From: Patescibacteria group bacterium
GTDB lineage: Bacteria > Patescibacteriota > Minisyncoccia > Minisyncoccales > PWPS01
Reading direction: 5' to 3'
Length of the DNA stretch: 34,109 nucleotides
Assembly: GCA_034661095.1 (NCBI GenBank)
Contig: JAYEKQ010000041.1
Coordinates: forward strand, 1 to 34,109
The translations under genes were made by a program, and so were the position numbers. How positions within the stretch are numbered: position 1 is the stretch's first letter; the number at the start of each line of letters is the position of its first letter. The notes under the pieces were generated by a model, which worked only from the letters and a program-made list of their open reading frames with translations, did not search any database and had not been told where the DNA came from. Positions 21,969 through 30,051 of this stretch are shown piece by piece.

Positions 21969-22580
21969 TCAAGAAATTTTATTGACCTTTATTTCAACAG
22001 TTTTGTTGGTTAATCCTGACAAGACTGTTTTTTTTAACTCTTCAGCAATCTCTTTTTCTATATTAAGCTGTTTTTGAGAGGTTTTTTTAAGGACGATTTT
22101 TTTTGCTTTTTCACTTCTTTCTTGTGAAACTCCTACTCGTAGTCGCCAAAAATCTTTTGTTTTAACTGCTTTTATAACTGATAGCACTCCGTTATGTCCC
22201 GCAGTTCCTCTAGAGTATGAAAATTTTATCTTTCCAACCGGAAGGTCGGTGTCGTCATGAACAACAATCAGCTTCTCAAGATTAATATTGAATTTTTTCA
22301 CAGCTTTTTTAACTGATCCACCAGAAAGATTCATAAAAGAAAGAGGTTTCATTAAAACAAATTCTTTGTCGTCAATAAATCCTTTTGAGACAAGACCATC
22401 TACTGTGTTGTCTTTTGAAAACAAAGGAAGAGCTTCTTCTTGAAGAAAAGAAACAACTCTAAATCCGGCATTATGAATAGTTTTTTCGTATTTTTCTTTT
22501 GGATTTCCCAATCCAACAATAAGAAAAACACCATTCTTCTTGTTCTCTCCAAAAATTTTTTTCTTTATACCGTTCCACAT
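21969..22580 (-). CDS. pth: Peptidyl-tRNA hydrolase
   Basis: Motifs present are 'LIVGLGNPKEKYEKTIHNAGF', 'VVHDD.DLP.GK' and 'G.AGHNG'. Confidence 0.92.
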   Translation of the reverse strand: MWNGIKKKIFGENKKNGVFLIVGLGNPKEKYEKTIHNAGFRVVSFLQEEALPLFSKDNTVDGLVSKGFIDDKEFVLMKPLSFMNLSGGSVKKAVKKFNINLEKLIVVHDDTDLPVGKIKFSYSRGTAGHNGVLSVIKAVKTKDFWRLRVGVSQERSEKAKKIVLKKTSQKQLNIEKEIAEELKKTVLSGLTNKTVEIKVNKIS

Positions 22581-22590
22581 AATAAACTAA

Positions 22591-22646
22591 AATTTTCAAT
22601 TTTCAATTTGACAATTTTTAATTAATTTTCAATTTCCTAATTTCCA
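22591..22646. repeat. AT-rich TTTTCAAT-type repeat block, copy 1
   Basis: AATTTTCAATTTTCAATTTGACAATTTTTAATTAATTTTCAATTTCCTAATTTCC resembles 23680-23735. It is followed by AAATTACAA iterations up to about 22690. Confidence 0.6.
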
Positions 22647-22754
22647 TAAGTTAAATTACAAATTCCAAATAAATTACAAATTACAATTTTCAAAATTCAA
22701 AACGGAATTGCTTTGCTTGCAATGATAGTGGAAGTAAGTTTTGCGTTATTTCGC

Positions 22755-22777
22755 ACGCTTCCTTTGGAAGCGTTTTT
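22755..22777 (+). terminator. Orphan rho-independent terminator in the pth/lepB intergenic region
   Basis: A perfect 7-bp stem (CGCTTCC/GGAAGCG) with a 3-nt loop is followed by T5. No plus-strand ORF lies upstream. Confidence 0.4.
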
Positions 22778-22815
22778 GGATTTTGGGTTTGTTTAGGATT
22801 TAAGGTTTATGTGAT

Positions 22816-22969
22816 GGAATTCTTCACTACGCTTCGCTTTATTCAAAATGACGGAGAAGATTCCCCGAGGTCTCACCTCGGAGAATCTTCTCCCAAGGTT
22901 TGACCTAAGGATTTTTGTTTTGAATTTTGGTGCTTATACAATGGGATTCTTCACTTCGTTCAGAATGAC
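22816..22969. repeat. Two inverted-type GAAGAATC/GTCATTCTGA half-units flanking a 41-nt palindrome
   Basis: The half-units are 22816-22852 and 22943-22969. The palindrome is GGAGAAGATTCCCCGAGGTCTCACCTCGGAGAATCTTCTCC (22853-22893). ORF 22848..23051 reads through these repeats. Confidence 0.8.
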
Positions 22970-23047
22970 GGGAGAAAAAGTTAATTGTCAATTATTAATA
23001 TTATACACTCGCTTGATAAATTTGGGAAATTTTGGTAAAATCATAAT

Positions 23048-23602
23048 ATGAAAGAAGTATTTAAAAGTCTAGCAAAGGAAGTATTAAAGGTGTTTCTTGT
23101 TGTTGTCTTTGTTGTTTTACCTATTCGTTACTTTGTTTTTCAACCATTTATTGTTCGCGGATCATCAATGGAGCCTAATTTTCAAGATGCTGATTATTTA
23201 ATTGTAGATCAGATGACTTATCGTTTTTTTGATCCACAAAGAGGAGATGTCATTGTTTTTGAAAATCCTGATATATCAGACAAGAAGTATATAAAAAGAG
23301 TAATCGGACTTCCTAAAGAAGAGGTAATAGTAGAAGGAACAGAGGTTGTAATAAAAAACCAAGAGGGAGAAGTTGTTTTAGAAGAAAATTACATTTCTGG
23401 AAAAAATCAGCCAACTTTTTTTAGAGGAGAAAAGAACTTTATTCTTGGTGAAGAAGAGTATTTTGTATTAGGAGATAACAGAAAAGCTTCTTACGATTCA
23501 AGAGCATGGGGAGGATTATCGGATGATTATATAATAGGAAGAGTGCTTTTTCAAATATCTCTCTTTGACAAGTTTTCAAAACCAAAAACACCAGAATACT
23601 GA
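23048..23602 (+). CDS. lepB: Signal peptidase I
   Basis: An N-terminal TM is present, with 'GSSMEPNF' (Ser box), 'YIKRVIGLPKE' (Lys box) and 'GDNRKASYDSR'. Confidence 0.92.
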   Translation: MKEVFKSLAKEVLKVFLVVVFVVLPIRYFVFQPFIVRGSSMEPNFQDADYLIVDQMTYRFFDPQRGDVIVFENPDISDKKYIKRVIGLPKEEVIVEGTEVVIKNQEGEVVLEENYISGKNQPTFFRGEKNFILGEEEYFVLGDNRKASYDSRAWGGLSDDYIIGRVLFQISLFDKFSKPKTPEY

Positions 23603-23679
23603 TAATGTCTTACGGATTAATAGTTAATATTTGATATTTAATTAAATTTATTGTTAAAAACGAAATAATCACAGTTGCT

Positions 23680-23837
23680 AATTTTCAATTTGACAATTTT
23701 CAATTTTCAATAAATGACCAAATTTCCTAATTTTTAAAAAAAATAAATCTACTTATTAAAGTTAAAATTATTTTGGAAATTAAAAAATTAAAAAATTGAA
23801 AATTCATTGAAAATTGCCAAATTGAAAATTGAAAATT
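23680..23837. repeat. AT-rich TTTTCAAT repeat block (copy 2) forming a large imperfect palindrome in front of hisS
   Basis: AATTTTCAATTTGACAATTTTCAATTTTCAAT... (23680-23735) has an inverted partner ATTGAAAATTGCCAAATTGAAAATTGAAAATT (23806-23837). Inner CCAAATTTCC/GGAAATT segments are also inverted. Confidence 0.6.
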
Positions 23838-23845
23838 TATTAAAC

Positions 23846-25120
23846 ATGTCTAAAAAATTTAAAAGTTTGAGTGGAATGCATGATGTTTTTGGGGAGCAGT
23901 ATGATTATTTTGATAAAGTAAGAGAGGTTGTTTCAAGGAATGCAAAAATTTATGGATTTGAAGGAATAGAAACACCAGTGATAGAAGAAACAGGAGTTTT
24001 TACCCGTGGAATTGGAACACAGACTGATATTGTTGAGAAAGAGATGTATACTTTTAAAACAAAAGGAGGAGAACAGGTTTCTTTAAGACCAGAAGGAACA
24101 GCGCCAATAATGAGATCTTTTTTAGAACATAGTCTTTACACAAAACCACAGCCAATAAAATTTTATTACTTTCAACCGTTTTTTCGTCATGAGCGACAAC
24201 AAGCAGGAAGATATCGTCAGTTTTGGCAATTTGGCTTTGAAACAATTGGCAAAGACAGCCCAATTGTTGATGCTCAAATAATTGTTTTGACACATAACAT
24301 TCTTCGGGAACTTGGGATTAAAGATGTTTTGGTTAAAGTAAATAATCTTGGCTGTGACAGATGTAGAGACAAGTTCAAGACCGCTTTGAAAAAGTATTTA
24401 AAAAGCGTAGCATCATCACTTTGTTCCGATTGTAAGAAAAGAATGAAAAAAAATCCACTGAGAATTTTTGATTGCAAAGAGTGTTTAGTAAAAGAAGATG
24501 CTCCACAAATTATGAACTTTTTATGCAAGAAATGTAGCGATGACTTCCGACAAGTGCTTGAATTTTTAGATGAAGTAAAAGTTTCCTATGACCTTGATTC
24601 ATTTTTAGTTCGTGGATTGGATTACTACAACGGAACTGTTTATGAAATAATATCTTCTTCTCAAGAAAAACCACTTGCACTTGGAGGCGGAGGAAGGTAT
24701 AATAAGCTTAGTGTGTTTCTTGGCAGTGAAGAAGAAATTCCGGCAACTGGAATAGCACTGGGAGTAGAAAGAGTGGTATCTTTAATGAAAGAAAAAAAAG
24801 TGAAGTTAGAAAAAGATAAACGAGAAGTTTTTATTGCGCAACTTGGTGATTTAGCAAAGAAGAAAGCGCTAAAACTTTTTGAAGAGTTCAGAAAAGCAGA
24901 ACTTCCGGTATTTGAATCATTTGGAAGAGACTCTTTGAAAAGTCAGTTAAGTAGAGCAGACCGATTAGAAGTTGATATAACAATTATAATTGGCAAAGAA
25001 GAAGCGTTAGCTGAAAAAGCAATAATCAGAGATATGGACTCTGGGAAACAAGAAAAGGTTGATTTAAAAGAAGTTGTAAAAGAAGTAAAAAAAAGGTTAA
25101 AAGAAAACAAGAAAAAATAA
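23846..25120 (+). CDS. hisS: Histidine--tRNA ligase
   Basis: Class II motifs are 'G..D', 'RPEGT', 'YYFQPFFRHERQQAGRYRQFWQFG' and 'GGGRY', with a Cys-rich insertion and an anticodon-binding C-terminus. I prefer the ATG at 23846 because the TTG at 23807 lies in the AT-rich repeat. Confidence 0.93.
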   Translation: MSKKFKSLSGMHDVFGEQYDYFDKVREVVSRNAKIYGFEGIETPVIEETGVFTRGIGTQTDIVEKEMYTFKTKGGEQVSLRPEGTAPIMRSFLEHSLYTKPQPIKFYYFQPFFRHERQQAGRYRQFWQFGFETIGKDSPIVDAQIIVLTHNILRELGIKDVLVKVNNLGCDRCRDKFKTALKKYLKSVASSLCSDCKKRMKKNPLRIFDCKECLVKEDAPQIMNFLCKKCSDDFRQVLEFLDEVKVSYDLDSFLVRGLDYYNGTVYEIISSSQEKPLALGGGGRYNKLSVFLGSEEEIPATGIALGVERVVSLMKEKKVKLEKDKREVFIAQLGDLAKKKALKLFEEFRKAELPVFESFGRDSLKSQLSRADRLEVDITIIIGKEEALAEKAIIRDMDSGKQEKVDLKEVVKEVKKRLKENKKK

Positions 25121-25139
25121 CAAGTTAATTATTTAAACT

Positions 25140-25358
25140 ATGCCATTAGAAGTAAATAGAAAAGAAAAAGAAAATAATAACAGTATTGTCCACCGTTTCA
25201 CTCGTTCTGTAATTCAGAGTGGGATTATAAAAGAATCTCGTTCAAGAAGATTTTTTCAAAGAGCTCTTAGTAAAACCGCAAAAAAGAGATCTGCTTTAAG
25301 AAGAATAAGAGCTAAAGAAGAATTCAACAGAAAGTGGAAGATGGGAGAAACAAAATAA
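25140..25358 (+). CDS. rpsU: 30S ribosomal protein S21
   Basis: This 72-aa basic ORF has the S21-like 'RF.R.....GI..E.R.RRF...........KR.A.RR'. Confidence 0.8.
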   Translation: MPLEVNRKEKENNNSIVHRFTRSVIQSGIIKESRSRRFFQRALSKTAKKRSALRRIRAKEEFNRKWKMGETK

Positions 25359-25763
25359 ATGAGTGTATCATTAAAGAATCTCACGCGATTTTGTATTGAC
25401 GAAAAATCAGTTTCAACTGTTTTGCAAAAAATATTAGAAAAAGAAGGGAAGAAAGAAGAAGTGTCAGTTGTTTTTGTAGGAAGTAAAAAGATAAAAGAAT
25501 TGAACAAAACATATCGTGGGAAAAATTATGTAACCGATGTTTTGTCTTTTGTTTTTGACGAGAAGAATTTTTTAGGAGAAGTTTTTGTTTGTCCAGCAAA
25601 GGTAAAAAAGGATTTTCAAAAAGAGAATTTTACAAAAGAATTTTTTCGCGTTATTATTCATGGCGTTCTTCATCTTTGTGGATATCGTCACAATACCACA
25701 GAAAGTGAAAAGAAGATGAACAAAAGAACAGAATATTACTTAGAAATTATAATTGGAAATTAA
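25359..25763 (+). CDS. ybeY: Endoribonuclease YbeY (rRNA maturation factor)
   Basis: It has 'DVLSF' and the Zn-binding 'HGVLHLCGYRH' motif, and starts immediately after the rpsU stop. Confidence 0.9.
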   Translation: MSVSLKNLTRFCIDEKSVSTVLQKILEKEGKKEEVSVVFVGSKKIKELNKTYRGKNYVTDVLSFVFDEKNFLGEVFVCPAKVKKDFQKENFTKEFFRVIIHGVLHLCGYRHNTTESEKKMNKRTEYYLEIIIGN

Positions 25764-25779
25764 TCATTTTAATATTTTT

Positions 25780-26997
25780 ATGAGCAAAACGCCTACAATT
25801 GCCGCTGTTGATATCGGGACAGGAACTATTAAAGCAATTATAGTTCAGAGACAATCCGATGAAACAAGTTTCAGGGTTTTAGGAAGATCCCAGAATGTTT
25901 CTACTGGTGTTAGAAAAGGAGTGGTTCGTTATCCTGAAAAAGTAGGAAAAATAATTCAAACTACAATTGCAGAGGCTCAAAAAGAAGCTGGACAAGAGAT
26001 AGACGAAGTTTATACAAATATAAACGGAGTTCATCTTTTTTGTTTATCTTCAAAGGGTATAATCTCTGTTTCAAGGGCTGATCAAGAAATATCTGAAGCA
26101 GATGTAGAAAGAGTAGTTGATGCAGCAAAAACATTTTCACTGCCTCAAAACAAGAAAATAATAGAAATAATTGCAAGAGAGTTTACTATTGACAAACAAA
26201 AAGGAATTAAAAATCCTACTGGTCTTCACGGAGTTAGATTGGAGGCTGAAATCGTTGCAATGGGTGGTTTTGTTTCTTACTTGAAAAGTCTTGATCAAGC
26301 ATTTGAAAGAGCTGACATAGAGCTTGATGCTCGGATTATTAACCCGCTTGCTTCAGCGCGGGCAGTTTTAACAAACCAAGAAAAAGAAGTTGGAGTGATG
26401 GTGGTTGATATTGGAGCAGGAACAACTGGAGTTTCAATATATGAAGAAGGAGAACTTCTTCACATATTTGTTCTTCCGGTTGGGATAAATGATCTTCGTA
26501 ACGATATTGCAGTTGGACTTAAAGTTGATCCAGAAACAGCAGAGTTTATAAAAAACAAGTTTAGTGATTCTCTTTTAGAAAATAAAAAAGGAACAAAAAT
26601 AGAAAAGATAAAATTGACATCAGGAGAAGAAATCAGCTTTAAAAGAAGTGAGTTAAAAAAAATTGCAGAACCAAGAATGGAAGAGTTATTTTCTGAAATA
26701 AGGAAGGAGTTGAAAAAAATATCTCGTGAGAAAGCACTTCCGGGAGGAGTTGTTGTTACTGGTGGTGGAGCTAAAATTCCAAATATAAAAGTTTTTGTAA
26801 GAGAGAAGCTTGGACTTTACTGTCGCGTTGGTTATCCTCGTCGCTTCTTTCCACTTGAAGAAGATCCTTCTTGCTCAGCTCTGTGCGGAATTATTCTTTA
26901 CGGAACGGATTTAGAAGAAATTAGTAGAAAAAATAAAGCTGACTTTAATTCTTTTTTTTCTAAAATAAAGAAACTGCTTCAAGTTTTTATACCATAA
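25780..26997 (+). CDS. ftsA: Cell division protein FtsA
   Basis: Actin-fold motifs 'AAVDIGTGTIK' and 'VVDIGAGTTGV' are present, with a C-terminal amphipathic 'FFSKIKKLLQVF'. I prefer the ATG at 25780. Confidence 0.92.
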   Translation: MSKTPTIAAVDIGTGTIKAIIVQRQSDETSFRVLGRSQNVSTGVRKGVVRYPEKVGKIIQTTIAEAQKEAGQEIDEVYTNINGVHLFCLSSKGIISVSRADQEISEADVERVVDAAKTFSLPQNKKIIEIIAREFTIDKQKGIKNPTGLHGVRLEAEIVAMGGFVSYLKSLDQAFERADIELDARIINPLASARAVLTNQEKEVGVMVVDIGAGTTGVSIYEEGELLHIFVLPVGINDLRNDIAVGLKVDPETAEFIKNKFSDSLLENKKGTKIEKIKLTSGEEISFKRSELKKIAEPRMEELFSEIRKELKKISREKALPGGVVVTGGGAKIPNIKVFVREKLGLYCRVGYPRRFFPLEEDPSCSALCGIILYGTDLEEISRKNKADFNSFFSKIKKLLQVFIP

Positions 26998-27004
26998 TAA
27001 TATT

Positions 27005-27934
27005 ATGAATGATCTACCTAAAATAAAAGTTGTTGGTGTTGGAGGATCGGGCTGTAACGCTATCTCAAGGATGGCTAGTTGTGGGATAAAAGGTGTTGAG
27101 CTAATAGCAGTTAACACTGATTTTCATGATCTCAGAGATACTGATGCTGATGTTAAAATAAGAATAGGAAAAAAGTTAACACAAGGACTGGGAACAGGAA
27201 TGAATATGGAACTTGGAAGGAAAGCTGCTGAAGAGAACAGAGAAGAAATAGGAAAAGCGCTAAAGGATTCAGATATGGTCTTCTTGACTTGTGGAGTTGG
27301 AGGAGGAACAGGGTCAGGAGCACTTCCAATTGTTGCTGAAATTGCAAAAGAGAACAATGCTCTTGTTATTGCGGTGGTTACAACTCCGTTTTCCTTTGAA
27401 GGAAAAGAAAGAAGCAAGGTTGGAAAAAAGGGATTAAAAGCAGTTCAAGATAAAATTGATACTTTGATTCCAATATCAAATGATCGTCTTTTATCAACTC
27501 TTGACCCGAATATTTCACTTTCTGATGCTTTTTGGGTTTGTGATGAGATACTTCGCCAAGCAGTTCAAGGAATATCAGACTTGATAACTCTTCCAGGGAT
27601 AATAAATATTGATTTTGCCGATGTTAAAGCAATAATGAAAAATTCAGGGTCAGCTCTTTTTGGAAAAGGAGTGGCAAAAGGAAAAAGACGCGCAGAAGAA
27701 GCAGCTTTAAAAGCCCTAAACCTTCCGCTAGTTGATCTTTCTTGTGAGAATGCAAAAGGAGTTCTTTTTAATGTAAACGGAGGAAAAGACCTCAGTTTGT
27801 CTGAAGTTTATGAAATTGCAGAAGTAATAAAAAAGAAAGTTTCTCCAGATGTCAGCATAATATTTGGAGCAGTGGAAGATAGTAGATTAGAAGAAGGAGA
27901 GATAAAAGTAACGATAATTGCCACAGGATTCTAA
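27005..27934 (+). CDS. ftsZ: Cell division protein FtsZ, core-only with no C-terminal linker or tail
   Basis: Motifs are 'GVGGSGCNAI', 'GGGTGSGA' and 'NIDFADV'. The ORF ends at 'VTIIATGF*', which corresponds to the end of the globular domain. Confidence 0.93.
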   Translation: MNDLPKIKVVGVGGSGCNAISRMASCGIKGVELIAVNTDFHDLRDTDADVKIRIGKKLTQGLGTGMNMELGRKAAEENREEIGKALKDSDMVFLTCGVGGGTGSGALPIVAEIAKENNALVIAVVTTPFSFEGKERSKVGKKGLKAVQDKIDTLIPISNDRLLSTLDPNISLSDAFWVCDEILRQAVQGISDLITLPGIINIDFADVKAIMKNSGSALFGKGVAKGKRRAEEAALKALNLPLVDLSCENAKGVLFNVNGGKDLSLSEVYEIAEVIKKKVSPDVSIIFGAVEDSRLEEGEIKVTIIATGF

Positions 27935-28040
27935 CATCTTATATCCCCAATTTTTAATTATGTTTGGTTTTTTTCCAGACATATTTTATTTTGTAAATTT
28001 AATCATCAGAAGAAACTATTTTTAACAAGTAAAATTCAAA

Positions 28041-30050
28041 ATGATAACAAAAATTGAAAAAAGAAATGGACAGGTAGTAGATTTTGATATTCAGAAAATA
28101 GAAAATGCTATTCACAAGGCATTAACTTTTACAAAAAAAGGAGATGCTGGTGAAGCAACAGCTCTTTCTGAAAAGGTTTTTGAGGTTCTTCTGAAAAGGT
28201 TTAGCAAGGATGAAGTGCCTACTATTGAAGATATTCAGAACATTGTAGAAGAAGTTTTAATAATGGAAGGATTTACTGATACTGCTCGTAGCTACATTCT
28301 TTACCGAGAAAAAAGAAGAGAAGTGAGAGACGCTTTGTCACAATTAGAAGATTCAAGTGAAATTCTTGAAAAATACATAGAAGAACTTGATTGGGAGGTG
28401 AAAGAAAATGCTAATATGACTTATTCTCTTCAAGGATTAAATCAGCATGCAACTTCTCACATTTCAAAAAAATACTGGTTAAATAAAATATATCCTCACG
28501 AGATAAGAGAGGCCGCAAAAAATCAAGATTTTCATATTCATGATTTGAATTTACTTGCTACTTATTGTTGTGGTTGGGATTTACAAGATCTTTTACTGAG
28601 AGGGTTTGGAGGTGTTCCTTCTAAAATAGAGTCAAAGCCACCAAAACATTTTCGTCCAGCATTAGGACAGGTAGTGAACTTCTTTTTCACTCTTCAAGGA
28701 GAAAGTGCTGGAGCTCAAGCAATGAGTAATTTTGATACCTTGTTAGCTCCTTTTATAAGATATGATAATTTAAATTACAAACAAGTTAAGCAATCAATAC
28801 AAGAATTTCTCTTCAACTGTATGGTTCCTACTCGTGTAGGATTTCAAACTCCATTTTTAAATGTTTCCTTGGATATTAAGGTTCCAACATTTTTAAGAAA
28901 TCAACCAGTTATTATTGGTGGTGAAGTAAAAAGAGAAGTATATGGAGAATTTCAGAAAGAAGTTGATATTTTTAATAAGGCTTTTTATGAGTGCCTAATG
29001 GAGGGTGACTCCAAAGGAAGAGTTTTCACTTTTCCTATTCCAACTATTTCTATTGCAAAAGATTTTGACTGGGACAATGAGAGTCTTGTTCCGATGTGGG
29101 AAGCAACGGCAAAATATGGAGTAAATTACTTCTCAAACTTTATTCAGTCAGATATGAATCCTGAAGATTTTCGCAGTATGTGTTGTCGTTTGCGGTTAAA
29201 TAACAAGGAATTGATAAAGAGAGGAGGTGGACTTTTTGGCTCGCAACCACTTACTGGTTCAATTGGAGTTTGCACTATTAACTTGCCACGAATAGGATAT
29301 TTATCAAAAAATAAAGATGAGTTTTATAACAGGTTAGGAGCAGTAATGGATCTTGCAAAGGAAAGTTTAGAAATAAAAAGAAAAGCAGTTAATAATTTTA
29401 TTGAAAAAGGGCTTTATCCTTACTCTAAGTACTATCTTTCTTCAGTAAAAAAAATGCGTGGATCTTATTTTGGAAATCACTTTTCTACAATTGGTCTTAT
29501 TGGAATGAATGAAGCACTTTTAAATTTTATTGGAGAAGGAACTGGATCTGAGGAAGGAAGGAAACTTGCAGTAGAAATTCTTGACTTTATGCGTGACAAA
29601 CTTGTTGATTATCAAACAAAAACAGGAAATCTTTATAATTTAGAAGCAACTCCAGGTGAAGGGGCCGCTTATCGCCAAGCGAGCATAGACAAGAAGCGAT
29701 ATCCAGACATTATAACCGCTGGGACAAAAGATGTTCCTTATTACACAAATTCTGTTCATCTTCCAGTTGGACATACCGATGATCCGTTTGAAGCTCTTGA
29801 ACTTCAAGATGAACTTCAGCAAAAATTTACAGGAGGAACTGTTCTTCACTTGTTTTTAGGGGAAAGATTAGCAAGTGCTGAAGGAGCAAAAAACCTTGTA
29901 AAAAAAGTATTAAACAATTATCATTTACCATATATAACAATTACTCCTACTTTCTCAGTTTGTCCTAATTGTGGATATCTGAAAGGGGAGCAGTACTACT
30001 GCCCTAATTGTAAAATAAAAGGTCCTAAAAAAGTAATAAAAAAAATATAA
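28041..30050 (+). CDS. nrdD: Anaerobic (class III) ribonucleoside-triphosphate reductase large chain, lacking the glycyl-radical loop
   Basis: It has an N-terminal ATP-cone, 'MCCRLRL', 'NLEATPGEG', and a C-terminal Zn ribbon 'CPNCGYLKGEQYYCPNC', then 'KIKGPKKVIKKI*'. No R(V/I)xGY motif is present. Confidence 0.93.
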   Translation: MITKIEKRNGQVVDFDIQKIENAIHKALTFTKKGDAGEATALSEKVFEVLLKRFSKDEVPTIEDIQNIVEEVLIMEGFTDTARSYILYREKRREVRDALSQLEDSSEILEKYIEELDWEVKENANMTYSLQGLNQHATSHISKKYWLNKIYPHEIREAAKNQDFHIHDLNLLATYCCGWDLQDLLLRGFGGVPSKIESKPPKHFRPALGQVVNFFFTLQGESAGAQAMSNFDTLLAPFIRYDNLNYKQVKQSIQEFLFNCMVPTRVGFQTPFLNVSLDIKVPTFLRNQPVIIGGEVKREVYGEFQKEVDIFNKAFYECLMEGDSKGRVFTFPIPTISIAKDFDWDNESLVPMWEATAKYGVNYFSNFIQSDMNPEDFRSMCCRLRLNNKELIKRGGGLFGSQPLTGSIGVCTINLPRIGYLSKNKDEFYNRLGAVMDLAKESLEIKRKAVNNFIEKGLYPYSKYYLSSVKKMRGSYFGNHFSTIGLIGMNEALLNFIGEGTGSEEGRKLAVEILDFMRDKLVDYQTKTGNLYNLEATPGEGAAYRQASIDKKRYPDIITAGTKDVPYYTNSVHLPVGHTDDPFEALELQDELQQKFTGGTVLHLFLGERLASAEGAKNLVKKVLNNYHLPYITITPTFSVCPNCGYLKGEQYYCPNCKIKGPKKVIKKI

Positions 30051-30051
30051 T

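Noticed and set aside
27935-28040. NrdR boxes upstream of nrdD (AACATCTTATATCCCC and CAGACATATTTTATTT look vaguely like ACACNATATATNGTGT-type palindromes).
   Set aside because: Neither segment is a convincing palindrome, their spacing does not match the usual tandem-box geometry as I recall it, and A/T-rich near-matches are expected by chance.
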